A DNA stretch of 64,000 bases from Candidatus Marinacidobacterales bacterium. Lineage in GTDB: Bacteria; Acidobacteriota; Vicinamibacteria; Marinacidobacterales; DATDRI01. The translations under genes were made by a program, and so were the position numbers. The DNA is taken from NCBI GenBank assembly GCA_965226495.1, contig OZ245365.1, positions 64,001 through 128,000 of the forward strand. The letters are read 5' to 3'. Below the pieces are notes generated by a model. It saw only the letters and a program-made list of their open reading frames with translations. It had not been told where the DNA came from and searched no databases. This document shows positions 49,430-59,330 of this stretch, piece by piece; within the stretch, counting starts at the first letter, position 1; every line of letters starts with the position of its first letter.

Positions 49430-49728
49430 ACTCCGTCGACCCCAACAGGGTCCGCGCGCTCGTCAGGCAGGCGCTCAAGCAAAAGTTGGGCCTCGGTTCT
49501 CCGGTCCATCCAGAGGCAACCTCCCTCTCCCTCAGGGAGAGGGTTGGGGTGAGGGTGGTTCAGCAGTCCGCCCAACTCTCGGTCCACCCCTCGCAACTCG
49601 CCATCGGCGAAGGCCCCGCCTCCTCAGATTGCCACGAAGACATGGACCTTCCGGTTCAGAAACCCTGCCTCATCGAGCCGCATCGACCTTGCTATAACAG
49701 CGGCTATTGTAAGAAGCTGGGTCACTAA
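49426..49728 (+). CDS. Small BMC-associated protein with N-terminal encapsulation-peptide-like helix and Cys/His-rich C-terminus
   Basis: VDPNRVRALVRQALKQKLG; CLIEPHRPCYNSGYCKKLGH; ATGA overlap with the third BMC-P gene. Confidence 0.7.
   Translation: MNSVDPNRVRALVRQALKQKLGLGSPVHPEATSLSLRERVGVRVVQQSAQLSVHPSQLAIGEGPASSDCHEDMDLPVQKPCLIEPHRPCYNSGYCKKLGH
49523..49555. repeat. REP-like element, family B, inside a CDS
   Basis: ccctctccctcagggagagggttggggtgaggg: 33 nt with a 9-bp stem. Confidence 0.75.
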
Positions 49729-49748
49729 CTCCCATCAGAGATTCGACC

Positions 49749-50927
49749 ATGTCACGCATCATTCTCCACTTGGACATGGATGCTTTCTACACGTCGGTGG
49801 AACAGCGGGACCATCCTGAATACCAAGGCAAGCCGGTCGTGGTGGGCGCAAATCCTCGTGGTGGGCAAGGTCGCGGCGTCGTAGCCGCTGCATCCTACGA
49901 AGCCCGGGAGTTCGGACTACATTCCGCGATGCCCATTGGTCGCGCCTACCGAAGGTGCCCGCAGGCTATTTACTTGCGAGGCAATATGCGCAAGTACGGG
50001 GAGGTTTCCCGTCGAATTATGGAGATTCTCAGGGGATTTACTGATCTCGTGGAACAGATCTCGATTGACGAAGCTTTTCTCGATGTGACCGGAAGCATTG
50101 CGTTGTTCGGGGAGCGTAGGCAGCTCGCTCTCGAGATAAGAAGGCGCATTCGAGAACAAGAGAGACTCAGTGCATCCATCGGAATCGCACCCAACAAGTT
50201 TCTCGCCAAGATCGCATCCGACTTGGAGAAACCCGACGGCCTGGTGGAGGTCGCGCCCGGGCACGAAGAGGAGTTCCTCAGAGACCTTCTGGTCGAGCGC
50301 TTGTGGGGAGTGGGCCCGCGCACCGCGGAAGAGCTTCACAAACTGGGTCTTTACAAGATCCGGGACATTGCCCGCCTGTCTCTTGCCGAGCTCGACGAGC
50401 GTTTCGGGAAGCACGGACGCCATCTTCATCGTCTGGCCCGCGGAATCGATGACCGCCCGGTTCAGCCCGAGCACGAATGGAAGTCGCTCGGTCACGAGAC
50501 GACGTTCGAAGAAGACACCGATGACCCGCAGAAGGTACGGCAGACGCTACTGGAATTGTCGGAAGCAGTGGCTCGCCGACTGCGCAAACAGGAGCTACTC
50601 GCTGGGGGTTTGACGCTCAAATTCCGAGATGAAGACTTTGTGACCGCAACCCGGAGTATGACACTGCCCGATCCGACAGACGATGCGGGTGAGATCTTTC
50701 GCATCGCGCTTCAGCTCTTGGGTCGCGTGCGCTTTAGAGATCACAAGGTTCGTCTCCTGGGTATCTACGGCTCTAGGCTTCAAGGTGTACATGTATCCCC
50801 TCGACAGTTACGCTTGTTCGAGCCGGACGAAAAGAGGCGGCGGCTGAATGCGTCGATGGATTCGATCCAAGAGCGATTCGGCGATCGAGCTGTGAATCGA
50901 GCTACTCTGGTAGAGAGAAAGGACTGA
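49749..50927 (+). CDS. dinB: DNA polymerase IV
   Basis: HLDMDAFY.SVE, SYEAR..G..SAM, SIDEAFLD, NKFLAKIASD..KP.G. Confidence 0.96.
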   Translation: MSRIILHLDMDAFYTSVEQRDHPEYQGKPVVVGANPRGGQGRGVVAAASYEAREFGLHSAMPIGRAYRRCPQAIYLRGNMRKYGEVSRRIMEILRGFTDLVEQISIDEAFLDVTGSIALFGERRQLALEIRRRIREQERLSASIGIAPNKFLAKIASDLEKPDGLVEVAPGHEEEFLRDLLVERLWGVGPRTAEELHKLGLYKIRDIARLSLAELDERFGKHGRHLHRLARGIDDRPVQPEHEWKSLGHETTFEEDTDDPQKVRQTLLELSEAVARRLRKQELLAGGLTLKFRDEDFVTATRSMTLPDPTDDAGEIFRIALQLLGRVRFRDHKVRLLGIYGSRLQGVHVSPRQLRLFEPDEKRRRLNASMDSIQERFGDRAVNRATLVERKD

Positions 50928-50933
50928 GAAAAC

Positions 50934-51761
50934 GTGGTAGAAGACCTGTCCAAGAAAAGACTCGCCATTTTGGGTCTCGGCAAGATGGGCAGCATCCTGC
51001 TCCAGCCGTTGCTGAAGCAGAAGCTATTCTTGCCGATAAACGCGGTCGCCACCGTCCGCCACCCGGAACGGGCCAAGAGGCTCTCCGATGAATTGGGTAT
51101 CGACGTGGGGACTGATAATACCGCCGCAGCGCGAAACGCCGATATTGTCTTGATCTGCGTCAAGCCGCAGACCGTTCCGGAAGTGTGTGAGGACCTCCGC
51201 GCAGAGATTGACTCTTCGCAGCTGGTGGTGTCGGTGTCCGCATCGGTTCCTACGCGAAGCATCGAAAAATTCTTGTCGGCTGATATCCCTGTCGTTCGCG
51301 CCATGCCCAACACACCCTGCTCGGTGGGAGAGGGAATGACCGCGATCTCTCGCGGACGATTCGCCGAGCCGCATCATCTCGAGCTCAGCGAACGGATCTT
51401 CAATACTGTGGGAAGAACCGCCCGGATCGATGAAAAGCACTTGGACGCGGTAACCGGTCTCTCGGCGAGTGGGCCGGCGTTCGTCTACGTCATTCTCGAG
51501 TCGTTGGCTGAGGCCGGCGTCAAGCTGGGGCTGCCAAGGGAGGTTGCAACCCTGCTCGCGGCGCAAACGATGCTGGGGTCAGCGCGGCAGGTTTTGGAGA
51601 CCGGAGCTCACCCCGCCTTGCTCAAGGATGCGGTCACCACACCGGCGGGTTGTACGATCGACGGACTAATGGAGCTCGAAGAAGGGAAGTTGCGGGTCAC
51701 GTTGATCAAGGCGGTAGTCAAGGCGGCCGACCGCGCCAAGGACCTCTACCAAGAGGACTGA
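50934..51761 (+). CDS. proC: Pyrroline-5-carboxylate reductase
   Basis: GLGKMG, VKPQ, RAMPNTP, TGLSASGPAF, LKD.VTTP.G.TI. Confidence 0.95.
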   Translation: MVEDLSKKRLAILGLGKMGSILLQPLLKQKLFLPINAVATVRHPERAKRLSDELGIDVGTDNTAAARNADIVLICVKPQTVPEVCEDLRAEIDSSQLVVSVSASVPTRSIEKFLSADIPVVRAMPNTPCSVGEGMTAISRGRFAEPHHLELSERIFNTVGRTARIDEKHLDAVTGLSASGPAFVYVILESLAEAGVKLGLPREVATLLAAQTMLGSARQVLETGAHPALLKDAVTTPAGCTIDGLMELEEGKLRVTLIKAVVKAADRAKDLYQED

Positions 51762-51767
51762 GCCCGA

Positions 51768-53186
51768 TTACGGATCGCTCTCGTCCTTACCGCCAGATCC
51801 GTCCTTTTCGTCGACTGCCTCGTTTTCTGCAGGCGGGGACGGGGCGTCTTCCTCTAAAGCCATTAGCTTCTCGATCTCTTCCCAGCTCGACGGGTTGAGC
51901 TTTAAGACGAGCTCGTCTCCCTTGCGACGCGCGTAGACGGCATCGTCCTCCCGCTTCGAGACCGCGATTTCCTCCACTTGCTCACTGTCCTTCGACCACA
52001 CGGTAATGGTGTAGTCGGGTGGGCTCGATCCCGGTCCTTCGGTGAGGGTCTCCTCGGCTTCGTTGCCGCTGAGTTTATAGAGCAGGTCTTCAACCTTGGT
52101 GCGGTCTAGCTCTCGGGGCTCGGGAGCGGTCTCTTTCCAAACGTCCTGTTCGTCCTGCCTGGACTTTTCGATGATTTGGTCCGGTCTCTCCGGCGAGGAT
52201 ATCTTGAGCTTTACGACTTGGTAGGTGGCAAAATCGAAAAGCCGTTTCGAAATGAATTCGCTTTGTTCCTTCTTGATGTCGTCGACGAGACTCGATGCGA
52301 TCAAATAAACGATGGGGCGGTCCGGGTTGCGTGCGTAGTACCGGCTGTCCTTCTCAGCGCCCACGAGGAGTGTTTCAGTGAGGCCGCCCTCGAGCTGCAC
52401 CTCGACCTCGTAGCTCGGTATGCCAAGACCGTACTCGCTCAAGTCTTCGGCGGCCTCGGAGACGATCTCCTCCATCTTGGCCGTTTCCAACTTTGAGACC
52501 AACCCGCCAGCCTTATAACGATCGGCTCGAGAAAAGGAGGGTTTCACGATGTTCCAAGAGTCTTCACCCGCTTTCGCCAGGACGATCTCTTGATCCGGTT
52601 GCTTCAAGATGACCTTTTCCACATCGTCGCGTTTGAATCCAAAAAGAGACTTGTCGCGGAGATCCCATGCCTTCTTGTTCAGGCTGTATTCCTTGCTCGA
52701 CGCGATCACGAAGATCTTCTCGCCATCGGCCAACCGGGCGTAGAGATTGCTACCGATCGGGGTCTCGTCGCCGATGTGAAGCGACGCGGACGTCTCGACG
52801 TCCTCGGCATCCTTCACGAGGACTTCGAGCTCGAACTTGGGGGCGTCGAGGCCGAAGTCGGCCAGGTTGGCTTCTCCCTCCGATATCAACCGTTCGCTTT
52901 GGAGACTCGCGATGCTCTCCGCGAGCGAGTCGGAGGCGGCACTGTCGGCTGCTGCGTCCACCGGCGCTACCAATTGCCAAGCGCCCTCGCTGCGACGTTC
53001 AAGCTTGAGGTGCTCACCCTCTTGTCTCCGGATCTCGATACTCTGAATTTTCTCGGCTTCCAGTTCGAAGATCGCTTCCCGATCGGGATTCGACTCCGTT
53101 TCGACGGGCTCCCATTCGTAGCGGTAGATGTAAGCGGTCAGTGCGGCGAAAATGACGGCCAGCAAGATGGTGGTCTTGGAACTCAT
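51768..53186 (-). CDS. DUF4340 domain periplasmic protein
   Basis: N-terminal anchor and repeated W....P..AD / L..YGL..P / G......Y modules; follows a GldG-like gene. Confidence 0.8.
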   Translation of the reverse strand: MSSKTTILLAVIFAALTAYIYRYEWEPVETESNPDREAIFELEAEKIQSIEIRRQEGEHLKLERRSEGAWQLVAPVDAAADSAASDSLAESIASLQSERLISEGEANLADFGLDAPKFELEVLVKDAEDVETSASLHIGDETPIGSNLYARLADGEKIFVIASSKEYSLNKKAWDLRDKSLFGFKRDDVEKVILKQPDQEIVLAKAGEDSWNIVKPSFSRADRYKAGGLVSKLETAKMEEIVSEAAEDLSEYGLGIPSYEVEVQLEGGLTETLLVGAEKDSRYYARNPDRPIVYLIASSLVDDIKKEQSEFISKRLFDFATYQVVKLKISSPERPDQIIEKSRQDEQDVWKETAPEPRELDRTKVEDLLYKLSGNEAEETLTEGPGSSPPDYTITVWSKDSEQVEEIAVSKREDDAVYARRKGDELVLKLNPSSWEEIEKLMALEEDAPSPPAENEAVDEKDGSGGKDESDP

Positions 53187-53187
53187 C

Positions 53188-54828
53188 TTATCTTCTTCCC
53201 CACCAAACCGAGATTCCCACCACCAGGACGAAACCGGGAATGAAGAGTAAGGATAGGTATTTGACGTTATTCTGCTGCTGGGCGTTCAAGAAGAGTCTCC
53301 GATCCTCGGGCTCCCGGGGCCGGATAGAGATGAGGTCTTCGTCTTCGGCGATCCAATTCACCATATTGAGGAAAAGGTCGAGATTTGCGACCGGCGCTCC
53401 CACCAAGCTGTCGGTGATGAAGTCCGAGTCGCCCACGATCACCGCGCGGCCTTGCGGGGTAGTCGCATCGCTATCGCCGTCCTCCTCGGAGCCCGGGCCT
53501 CCCGCGGGGTCCTTTTCGGAGGCATTTTCAGCGGGCTCAGGGGGCTCTTCGACTTCGATGGTGATCGCGACTGCAAGGTCGAGTGGCCCCGGACGCTCGC
53601 TGTCGCCGGGAGAGACCGCCCCTTCGGCCAGGGCGTCGAAATCCTCCTCCGCCCAACTGTTGGGGGAAGAGCTCACCAGGGCGTCGACGGTGATTCCCTC
53701 TGCGATGGAGTCCGAAGCATCGACAGTGCGTACAAATGGGTAAACGGTGGGAGAGTTCGCGAACTTTTCGGTGATCGGGTGCGCGCTGTAGCTCGCGACC
53801 AGTGGGACCTCGGGGCCGAAACCGAAGAGCTGGCCGACACCTGAAGCGTCGATGACTACATTGTTGCCCAGCTCGACGTTGAAGTCCTTGAGGAGCGCCA
53901 CTAGATTCGGTTTCGCTCCCTGGTTTTCCGGATCGACCAAGAAGAGCACCTTCCCCCCGGCGTTCAGATAGTCACGCAACGCATCGATCTCCCCTGGGAG
54001 ATAATCTCTTTGCGGGCCGGCGATGATTAGAGCCGTAGCATCCTCGGGGAACTCAATTTTTCCTTCCGTCATCGATTGAAGGGGATGGAACTTGGCCACC
54101 TCGTAGTTCGACTCCTCGAGCTTCGTCTTAATGATCGATATTCCGGTCTCGGAGTCATCGATGTCTTTTTCTCCGTGTCCCTCGATGAAATAGATCTTCT
54201 TCGTTCCCTCTTTGATGACTTTGATGATGGTGTTGACGAGGTCTTGCTCGGTGGCAAAACTGACTCTCTCGACCTTGTCCCCGGCATCGAGCACGATGGT
54301 TCCGAAGGGGATGTTGGACTCGGTCGATGTCCGGTATTTGGTGGCCTTGGCGGGCTCGGCCTCCTGATCGACCACCTCCACCGAGATGTGATCGCTGTGG
54401 TAGCTAAACTCGGTTAACAAGTCGAGCGCCACTTGGGCACTGTCTTTACGGTCGAAGATGACGACTTTGAGGTCTCGGTCGAGGTTAGAGAGGACGGTGA
54501 CCGCTTGATCGGACAGCGTGTACTGCTTGGAGCCCGTGAGGTCCCAGCGCTTGTTGTGGCGAGTGGACAGATAGTTGATGCCGGCGACGAGTCCCGCCAC
54601 CAGCAGGATCATGAGCCCCAAGTTGGCGCCGTAGCGGGCGCCTCGTTTTTGAGCGAGGACGAGCAAGTCTCGCCACCGGGTTCCGAGGTAGAAGATGGCC
54701 AGCACCAGACCGGCGAGAACGAAAGCCGACCAGAGTTTCTCTCGTTCGGGCTCAAATATCCGGACGAGCACGCCAGCGAGGAGCACTCCCAAGGCGATCG
54801 GTCCCAGGTACGGTATGACGCGCTTCAT
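53188..54828 (-). CDS. GldG-family ABC transporter auxiliary protein
   Basis: DLT..K.YTLS, IYF..GHGE, AGP..D, GDSDF, N.DLF.N.VNW, IRP, WW.RR. Confidence 0.88.
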   Translation of the reverse strand: MKRVIPYLGPIALGVLLAGVLVRIFEPEREKLWSAFVLAGLVLAIFYLGTRWRDLLVLAQKRGARYGANLGLMILLVAGLVAGINYLSTRHNKRWDLTGSKQYTLSDQAVTVLSNLDRDLKVVIFDRKDSAQVALDLLTEFSYHSDHISVEVVDQEAEPAKATKYRTSTESNIPFGTIVLDAGDKVERVSFATEQDLVNTIIKVIKEGTKKIYFIEGHGEKDIDDSETGISIIKTKLEESNYEVAKFHPLQSMTEGKIEFPEDATALIIAGPQRDYLPGEIDALRDYLNAGGKVLFLVDPENQGAKPNLVALLKDFNVELGNNVVIDASGVGQLFGFGPEVPLVASYSAHPITEKFANSPTVYPFVRTVDASDSIAEGITVDALVSSSPNSWAEEDFDALAEGAVSPGDSERPGPLDLAVAITIEVEEPPEPAENASEKDPAGGPGSEEDGDSDATTPQGRAVIVGDSDFITDSLVGAPVANLDLFLNMVNWIAEDEDLISIRPREPEDRRLFLNAQQQNNVKYLSLLFIPGFVLVVGISVWWGRR

Positions 54829-54829
54829 C

Positions 54830-55597
54830 TCAACCCCTCCACCGATGGGACTCCACCGACTGTGTGGAGAGGAAGAGTCCGAAGCCGATAAAGGAAAGGT
54901 AGTAGACGACGTCTTTGGTATCGATGACCCCCTTGGAGAAGTCCCCGATATGCTTGGTCACCGACATGTAGGCCGCCGCCGCCCCCCACGCTCCCATCCA
55001 GGCCTCGGAGTACTCGATGAGCCACAAGAAAAGGAAGACGCTGAAGGACATGAAGACCGCCACGATCTGGTTGCGGGTAAGACTGCTGAAGAGGACACCA
55101 AAGGAGACGAAGGCGCCCCCCAAGAGCAGCATTCCTAGGTAGCCCGCTAGAATGGGCTTCCATTCCGGCTCGCCGAAGTAAAAGAGGATGCCCATGTGAA
55201 TAAAAGTGAGTCCCAGCATCGCGGCATAAAGTGTCCAGGCCGAGAGGAACTTGCCGAGGACGAGCTGGAAGTCGGTGATCGGTGAGGTTAGGAGAAGCTC
55301 CATCGTGCCGGAGCGTTTCTCCTCCGCGAAGCTTCTCATCGTGAGTCCCGGAATCATGAAGAGAACGACCACGCTAGTGCTGTGGAAGAGCCAGCGGATC
55401 AGATCCTGGTTGAGGTTGAGCGTTCTTCCACCTCCGCCCATCTGCGCCATGCGAAGACCGAAGTCGATGAATCGATAGACGTAGTCGTAGAAGAAATAAC
55501 CATAGATCACCAAAAAGAGACTCAGCACCACATAGGCAATCCAGGAAGTGAAGTAAGAAGAGAGCTCCCTTCTATAAATTGCCCAGACGTTCTTCAT
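54830..55597 (-). CDS. ABC-2 type permease (GldF-like)
   Basis: RELSSYF.S.IAY, TMRSFAEEKRSGTMELLLTSP, LGKFL, T.NQIVA. Confidence 0.9.
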   Translation of the reverse strand: MKNVWAIYRRELSSYFTSWIAYVVLSLFLVIYGYFFYDYVYRFIDFGLRMAQMGGGGRTLNLNQDLIRWLFHSTSVVVLFMIPGLTMRSFAEEKRSGTMELLLTSPITDFQLVLGKFLSAWTLYAAMLGLTFIHMGILFYFGEPEWKPILAGYLGMLLLGGAFVSFGVLFSSLTRNQIVAVFMSFSVFLFLWLIEYSEAWMGAWGAAAAYMSVTKHIGDFSKGVIDTKDVVYYLSFIGFGLFLSTQSVESHRWRG

Positions 55598-56610
55598 CAG
55601 TGCGATTCCTCCGTTGGGTCATCGTTCTCAGATCTATCATTGGGAGTGTGGGTTTCCTCGGGTGGGCCAGCTTCGGCATCCTCGCGGGTGGTGAGCTGCA
55701 GATAGACGTCCTCGAGACTCATTCCCATCTGCTTGAGCTCCAGGAGTCCAAAGCCAGCTTGCACGATACTTCGCGCCAGCTCACGGCGAATGTCGTGGCC
55801 GCTCGCCGTTTCGACCTCGAAGGTGTGGACGCCATTGCTTGCTGCCTTGGCTTCGACCTGCACCACCCCCGATAAAGAGTTAACCGCGTTACGCACCTCG
55901 TCTTCCGGCCCGTCGACGGTGAGGCTCAGTATCTCCGCGCCCCGCATGCGGGCGGTCAAGCCGTCCGGCGTATCCTCCGCCACGACCCGACCGCGGTTGA
56001 TGATGACGACGCGCTCGCAGGTCATGGAAACCTCGGGAAGGATGTGGGTAGAAAGGATAATGGTGTGCTCGCCGGAGAGGCCCTTGATGAGCTCCCTCGT
56101 CTCAATGATCTGTCTCGGGTCCAACCCCGCGGTGGGCTCGTCCAGGACCAGCACTTCAGGATCATGAACGAGCGCTTGCGCCAATCCTACCCGTTGCCGG
56201 TAGCCTTTGGACAACCTACCGTTTTGCTGGTCTCGAACATCGGTGATGGCGCACTTGGCGATGACGCTCTCCACCCGATCACGGCGCCGATTCGCGTCGA
56301 CTCCTTTGATGCGAGCCACGAAGTCCAAATAATCGACGACCGTCATTTCCGGGTACAAGGGAGGTGACTCCGGCAGGTAGCCGATACGCTTCTTGACGTC
56401 CATGGGCTTCTTGAAGCAATCGAATCCGGCGATCGAAGCCGAGCCCTCGGTGGCGGGGATGAAGCAAGTCAAAATCCGCATCGTCGTGGTCTTTCCGGCC
56501 CCGTTCGGACCGAGAAGACCCAGAATCTCTCCCTTGCGAACCTGGAAGCTGACGTCATCGACCGCGGTTGTTCGACCAAATCTTTTTGTAATACCGTTGA
56601 CTTCGATCAA
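55597..56610 (-). CDS. ABC transporter ATP-binding protein (GldA-like)
   Basis: GPNGAGKTT, LSKGYRQR, LDEPT, STH. Confidence 0.95.
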   Translation of the reverse strand: MIEVNGITKRFGRTTAVDDVSFQVRKGEILGLLGPNGAGKTTTMRILTCFIPATEGSASIAGFDCFKKPMDVKKRIGYLPESPPLYPEMTVVDYLDFVARIKGVDANRRRDRVESVIAKCAITDVRDQQNGRLSKGYRQRVGLAQALVHDPEVLVLDEPTAGLDPRQIIETRELIKGLSGEHTIILSTHILPEVSMTCERVVIINRGRVVAEDTPDGLTARMRGAEILSLTVDGPEDEVRNAVNSLSGVVQVEAKAASNGVHTFEVETASGHDIRRELARSIVQAGFGLLELKQMGMSLEDVYLQLTTREDAEAGPPEETHTPNDRSENDDPTEESH

Positions 56611-56856
56611 GCTGCACGCCTCCTTTGACCAGAGGGATTATACTTCGCCTATTCGAACCGCCGGGCAACGTAACCGGGCGAGCCCGGGGGCAGTTTCTTC
56701 ATGAGTCCCCGTCGCGGTTCAGGAATTGACCATCGAGGGCGTCGAGAGAGCCGATGGAGGTCCCCGGAAGGAGCGTATAATAGTGAATCGGTCACGGGCT
56801 GTCAACTAGTCTGGAAGAAGGACTGATCGCGAAAACTAGTGAAATTACAACGGATT

Positions 56857-57381
56857 ATGAGCTTGAAGATGGTCGCCCTCTTCGCCCTCTTCGCCGTCTC
56901 CTTTCTCTCTGCCTGCTCGGATCTCAGTAAGGAAGAAGCCGCGAAGGGACTCCAGGCCGCGGAAGTCGTGAGCTACTGGACGGTCCGAGGAAAGTTCGAG
57001 GACGATACTTACATTCGGCCCATTGTAAGATTCCGCATCCGCAACGAGGGACCGAAGGCGGTCGATTACATTCAGACGATGGCCGTGTTTCGAAGAATGA
57101 GTGCACCCGACGAACACTGGGGAAGTGCTTTCGAGTTTTCCCTCTCGGGTGACCCGGTGGCGCCCGGCGGTGAGTCGCGGGTTATTACCCTCCGCTCCGA
57201 TTCCTACTACTTCTCCAAGGTGGCACCAAAGCGAATGTTCGACAACGAGGGATGGGAACAAGTGACGGTCGAGGTCTTCCTAAAAATCGGTCCGTCATCA
57301 TGGAGGCCAGTGGCAAAAGTCGAAGTCCCCCAACGGATTGGGGCGCCCGGTGTCGAAAAATTCCTCGTCCCGTCTGGTTAA
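56857..57381 (+). CDS. Hypothetical lipoprotein
   Basis: Hydrophobic signal with an LSAC lipobox; start uncertain (56839, 56857 or 56869). Confidence 0.7.
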   Translation: MSLKMVALFALFAVSFLSACSDLSKEEAAKGLQAAEVVSYWTVRGKFEDDTYIRPIVRFRIRNEGPKAVDYIQTMAVFRRMSAPDEHWGSAFEFSLSGDPVAPGGESRVITLRSDSYYFSKVAPKRMFDNEGWEQVTVEVFLKIGPSSWRPVAKVEVPQRIGAPGVEKFLVPSG

Positions 57382-57392
57382 ACGTACTCCGA

Positions 57393-58706
57393 TCAAGGTT
57401 GGAAGTGTTTCATAACCCAATGCGCGGCCTCTTCTTCGCTGCGGACGATCCCCTCGAGTCGCTTTTCTTCGACTTCCCTCAAGATCTCACCGATCTTCGG
57501 GCCAGGGTGAAAACCCAGGCGTACGAGATCCCTGCCGCGCAGTAGCGGAGGAGTCGGCAAGGGTTCTTTCTCGAGCTCTTGCTTCTTCTCCCGCACGAAG
57601 TCCCAGTTGGAGAGATCTCCACTGCCCGCCAAGCAATCGAGTCGATGAAGCTCAAGCTCCTCATCGAAATTATCCTTGGACATGTAGCGCCGAAGCGTGG
57701 CGGTGCGCATGTAGCGAACGTCGAAGAAACGGAGATGGTTCTCTACTGCGGAAACGATATGCTCCCGAGTGCGCCGGTCGAAACGCAGCCGCTTGAGGAT
57801 CTCTTCAGCTATTTCCGATCCAACCCGCGCATGGTTCGGAAAAAGCGCGGGACCGGCGGGGTTTCGGGTCGGAGGCTTTCCGACGTCGTGCAACAGTGCC
57901 GAAAACGCCAAACTCAAAGTAGGCTCCTTCAAGAGCGATAGGATCTTCACCGTATGCGCAAAGACATCCCCTTCCGGGTGATAGCGTTCCCCTTGTTCCA
58001 CGCCTTTCATCGCCGCAACTTCTGGGAGGATAGGCTCGAGAAGATCGTGCCGGTCGAGCAACCGGAGACCCTCCTCCGGGTGCGGCCCGGTGAGAAGCTT
58101 TGCCAATTCGTTGCGAACGCGCTCGCCGCTTACCACTTTGATTTCTGGAGCCAAGTGGCAAATCGCATCACCGGTTGCCTCCTCGATCCGGAAATTCAGA
58201 TTAGCGGCCAGGCGGATGGCTCGGAGCATCCGAAGCTTGTCTTCCGCAAACCGCTCTTGCGGTTTTCCAATGCAGCGAATCAACTTGCTCTCGATGTCTT
58301 CCCGACCACCCACCCAGTCGAGAAACTCCAAGGCCAGCGGGTCGTAGAACATGCCGTTGATGGTGAAGTCGCGCCGGGCGACATCGGACCGCGCATCGGC
58401 AGGATCCACCCACGCCGGACGCCTTCCGTCCCGGTACGGTCCCTCAGACCGAAAGGTCGCGACTTCGAATCCCTCCCCCTCATGGATCACGAGGATGACC
58501 CCGAAGTCGGCTCCCAGTGGGACCGTCCTTCCGAAAAGGGAACGAACCGCCTCGGGTGGTGCGGCGGTAGCAATGTCGATATCCGACGGAGCCTTGCCAA
58601 GAAGCATGTCTCGAACCGTGCCCCCCGCGAAATAGGAGGGATAGCCGGCCTCGACAAGTGTCTCGACGATGGCCTTGGCTTTGACTTCGTTTGCTCCGTT
58701 CGCCAT
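57393..58706 (-). CDS. cca: CCA tRNA nucleotidyltransferase with HD domain
   Basis: GG.VRD.LLG...DIDIAT, EVATFR, RRDFTIN, EDKLRMLRA.R, HPEGDV..H, LHDVGKP. Confidence 0.88.
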   Translation of the reverse strand: MANGANEVKAKAIVETLVEAGYPSYFAGGTVRDMLLGKAPSDIDIATAAPPEAVRSLFGRTVPLGADFGVILVIHEGEGFEVATFRSEGPYRDGRRPAWVDPADARSDVARRDFTINGMFYDPLALEFLDWVGGREDIESKLIRCIGKPQERFAEDKLRMLRAIRLAANLNFRIEEATGDAICHLAPEIKVVSGERVRNELAKLLTGPHPEEGLRLLDRHDLLEPILPEVAAMKGVEQGERYHPEGDVFAHTVKILSLLKEPTLSLAFSALLHDVGKPPTRNPAGPALFPNHARVGSEIAEEILKRLRFDRRTREHIVSAVENHLRFFDVRYMRTATLRRYMSKDNFDEELELHRLDCLAGSGDLSNWDFVREKKQELEKEPLPTPPLLRGRDLVRLGFHPGPKIGEILREVEEKRLEGIVRSEEEAAHWVMKHFQP

Positions 58707-58852
58707 GTCGATTGACTTCGCTAAACCATGCTAACAGAACAAGTAAGCCGGGCATAGGCGGTTAGGGCCGCCCCCTGAGCTTTCAGGCAACCGCAGGTGC
58801 GAAAGAGGCGGACTCCGGAATTTTCCCCCCCGAAAGTCCGTAGTTTTCCGGA

Positions 58853-58881
58853 TTCACAGATGAGTATCTTGGGCGTATAAC
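58853..58881 (+). promoter_or_regulatory. Candidate sigma70 promoter, originally of the XRE gene
   Basis: TTCACA-17 nt-TATAAC, just left of the IS target duplication. Confidence 0.55.
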
Positions 58882-59144
58882 AGAACCGGCAAACAATGTA
58901 TACAAGAACGACAGCTGGGTAGTGTCTCAGTTTGAAATGAGACCAGGTGACAAAGGTGTTGAACGTGCTCGACATGTTTGACACAATAATGGGCCTGGAG
59001 ATATGCTCCCACCCCAATCTAGAAGGAGGGTTGCCCGGTACAGGACCGCGCGCACCGACGTGGTTGGCCGCCGTGACTAGCCAAAATCGCGACAGCGAGA
59101 TGTCCGAGATTCGCTTGGACCAGATATGCCGGTTCCAGACGTCG

Positions 59145-59278
59145 GGTTGGCGGTTTCTAAAGGGTGAGAAGGCTCGTTCGCATCGAAACTGAGTGCTGAG
59201 CGTCGGCGCGAGATCGCGAAGAAGGCAGCGGCGGCATGGAATTCTGGACGACCTCAAGGAACGGGCGAAGGTGCTTGA
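59145..59278 (+). pseudogene. Frameshifted remnant of a small basic protein (GGKARA.KLS.ERR.EIAKKAA..W type)
   Basis: LKGEKAR in one frame continues as KLSAERRREIAKKAAAAW in another. Confidence 0.6.
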
Positions 59279-59330
59279 TTAGTGGCTCGTCGAACACGAT
59301 TCCGACCTGATTCGCTATAGCGGAGGTTCA

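Noticed and set aside
56755-56785. ggaggtccccggaaggagcgtataatag as a riboswitch or repeat
   Set aside because: No second copy or complete fold in the window; the TATAAT is most simply the lipoprotein promoter
58721-59257. 178-aa ORF containing FKLRHYP
   Set aside because: FKLRHYP is the translation of the IS inverted repeat, and the ORF crosses the element boundary
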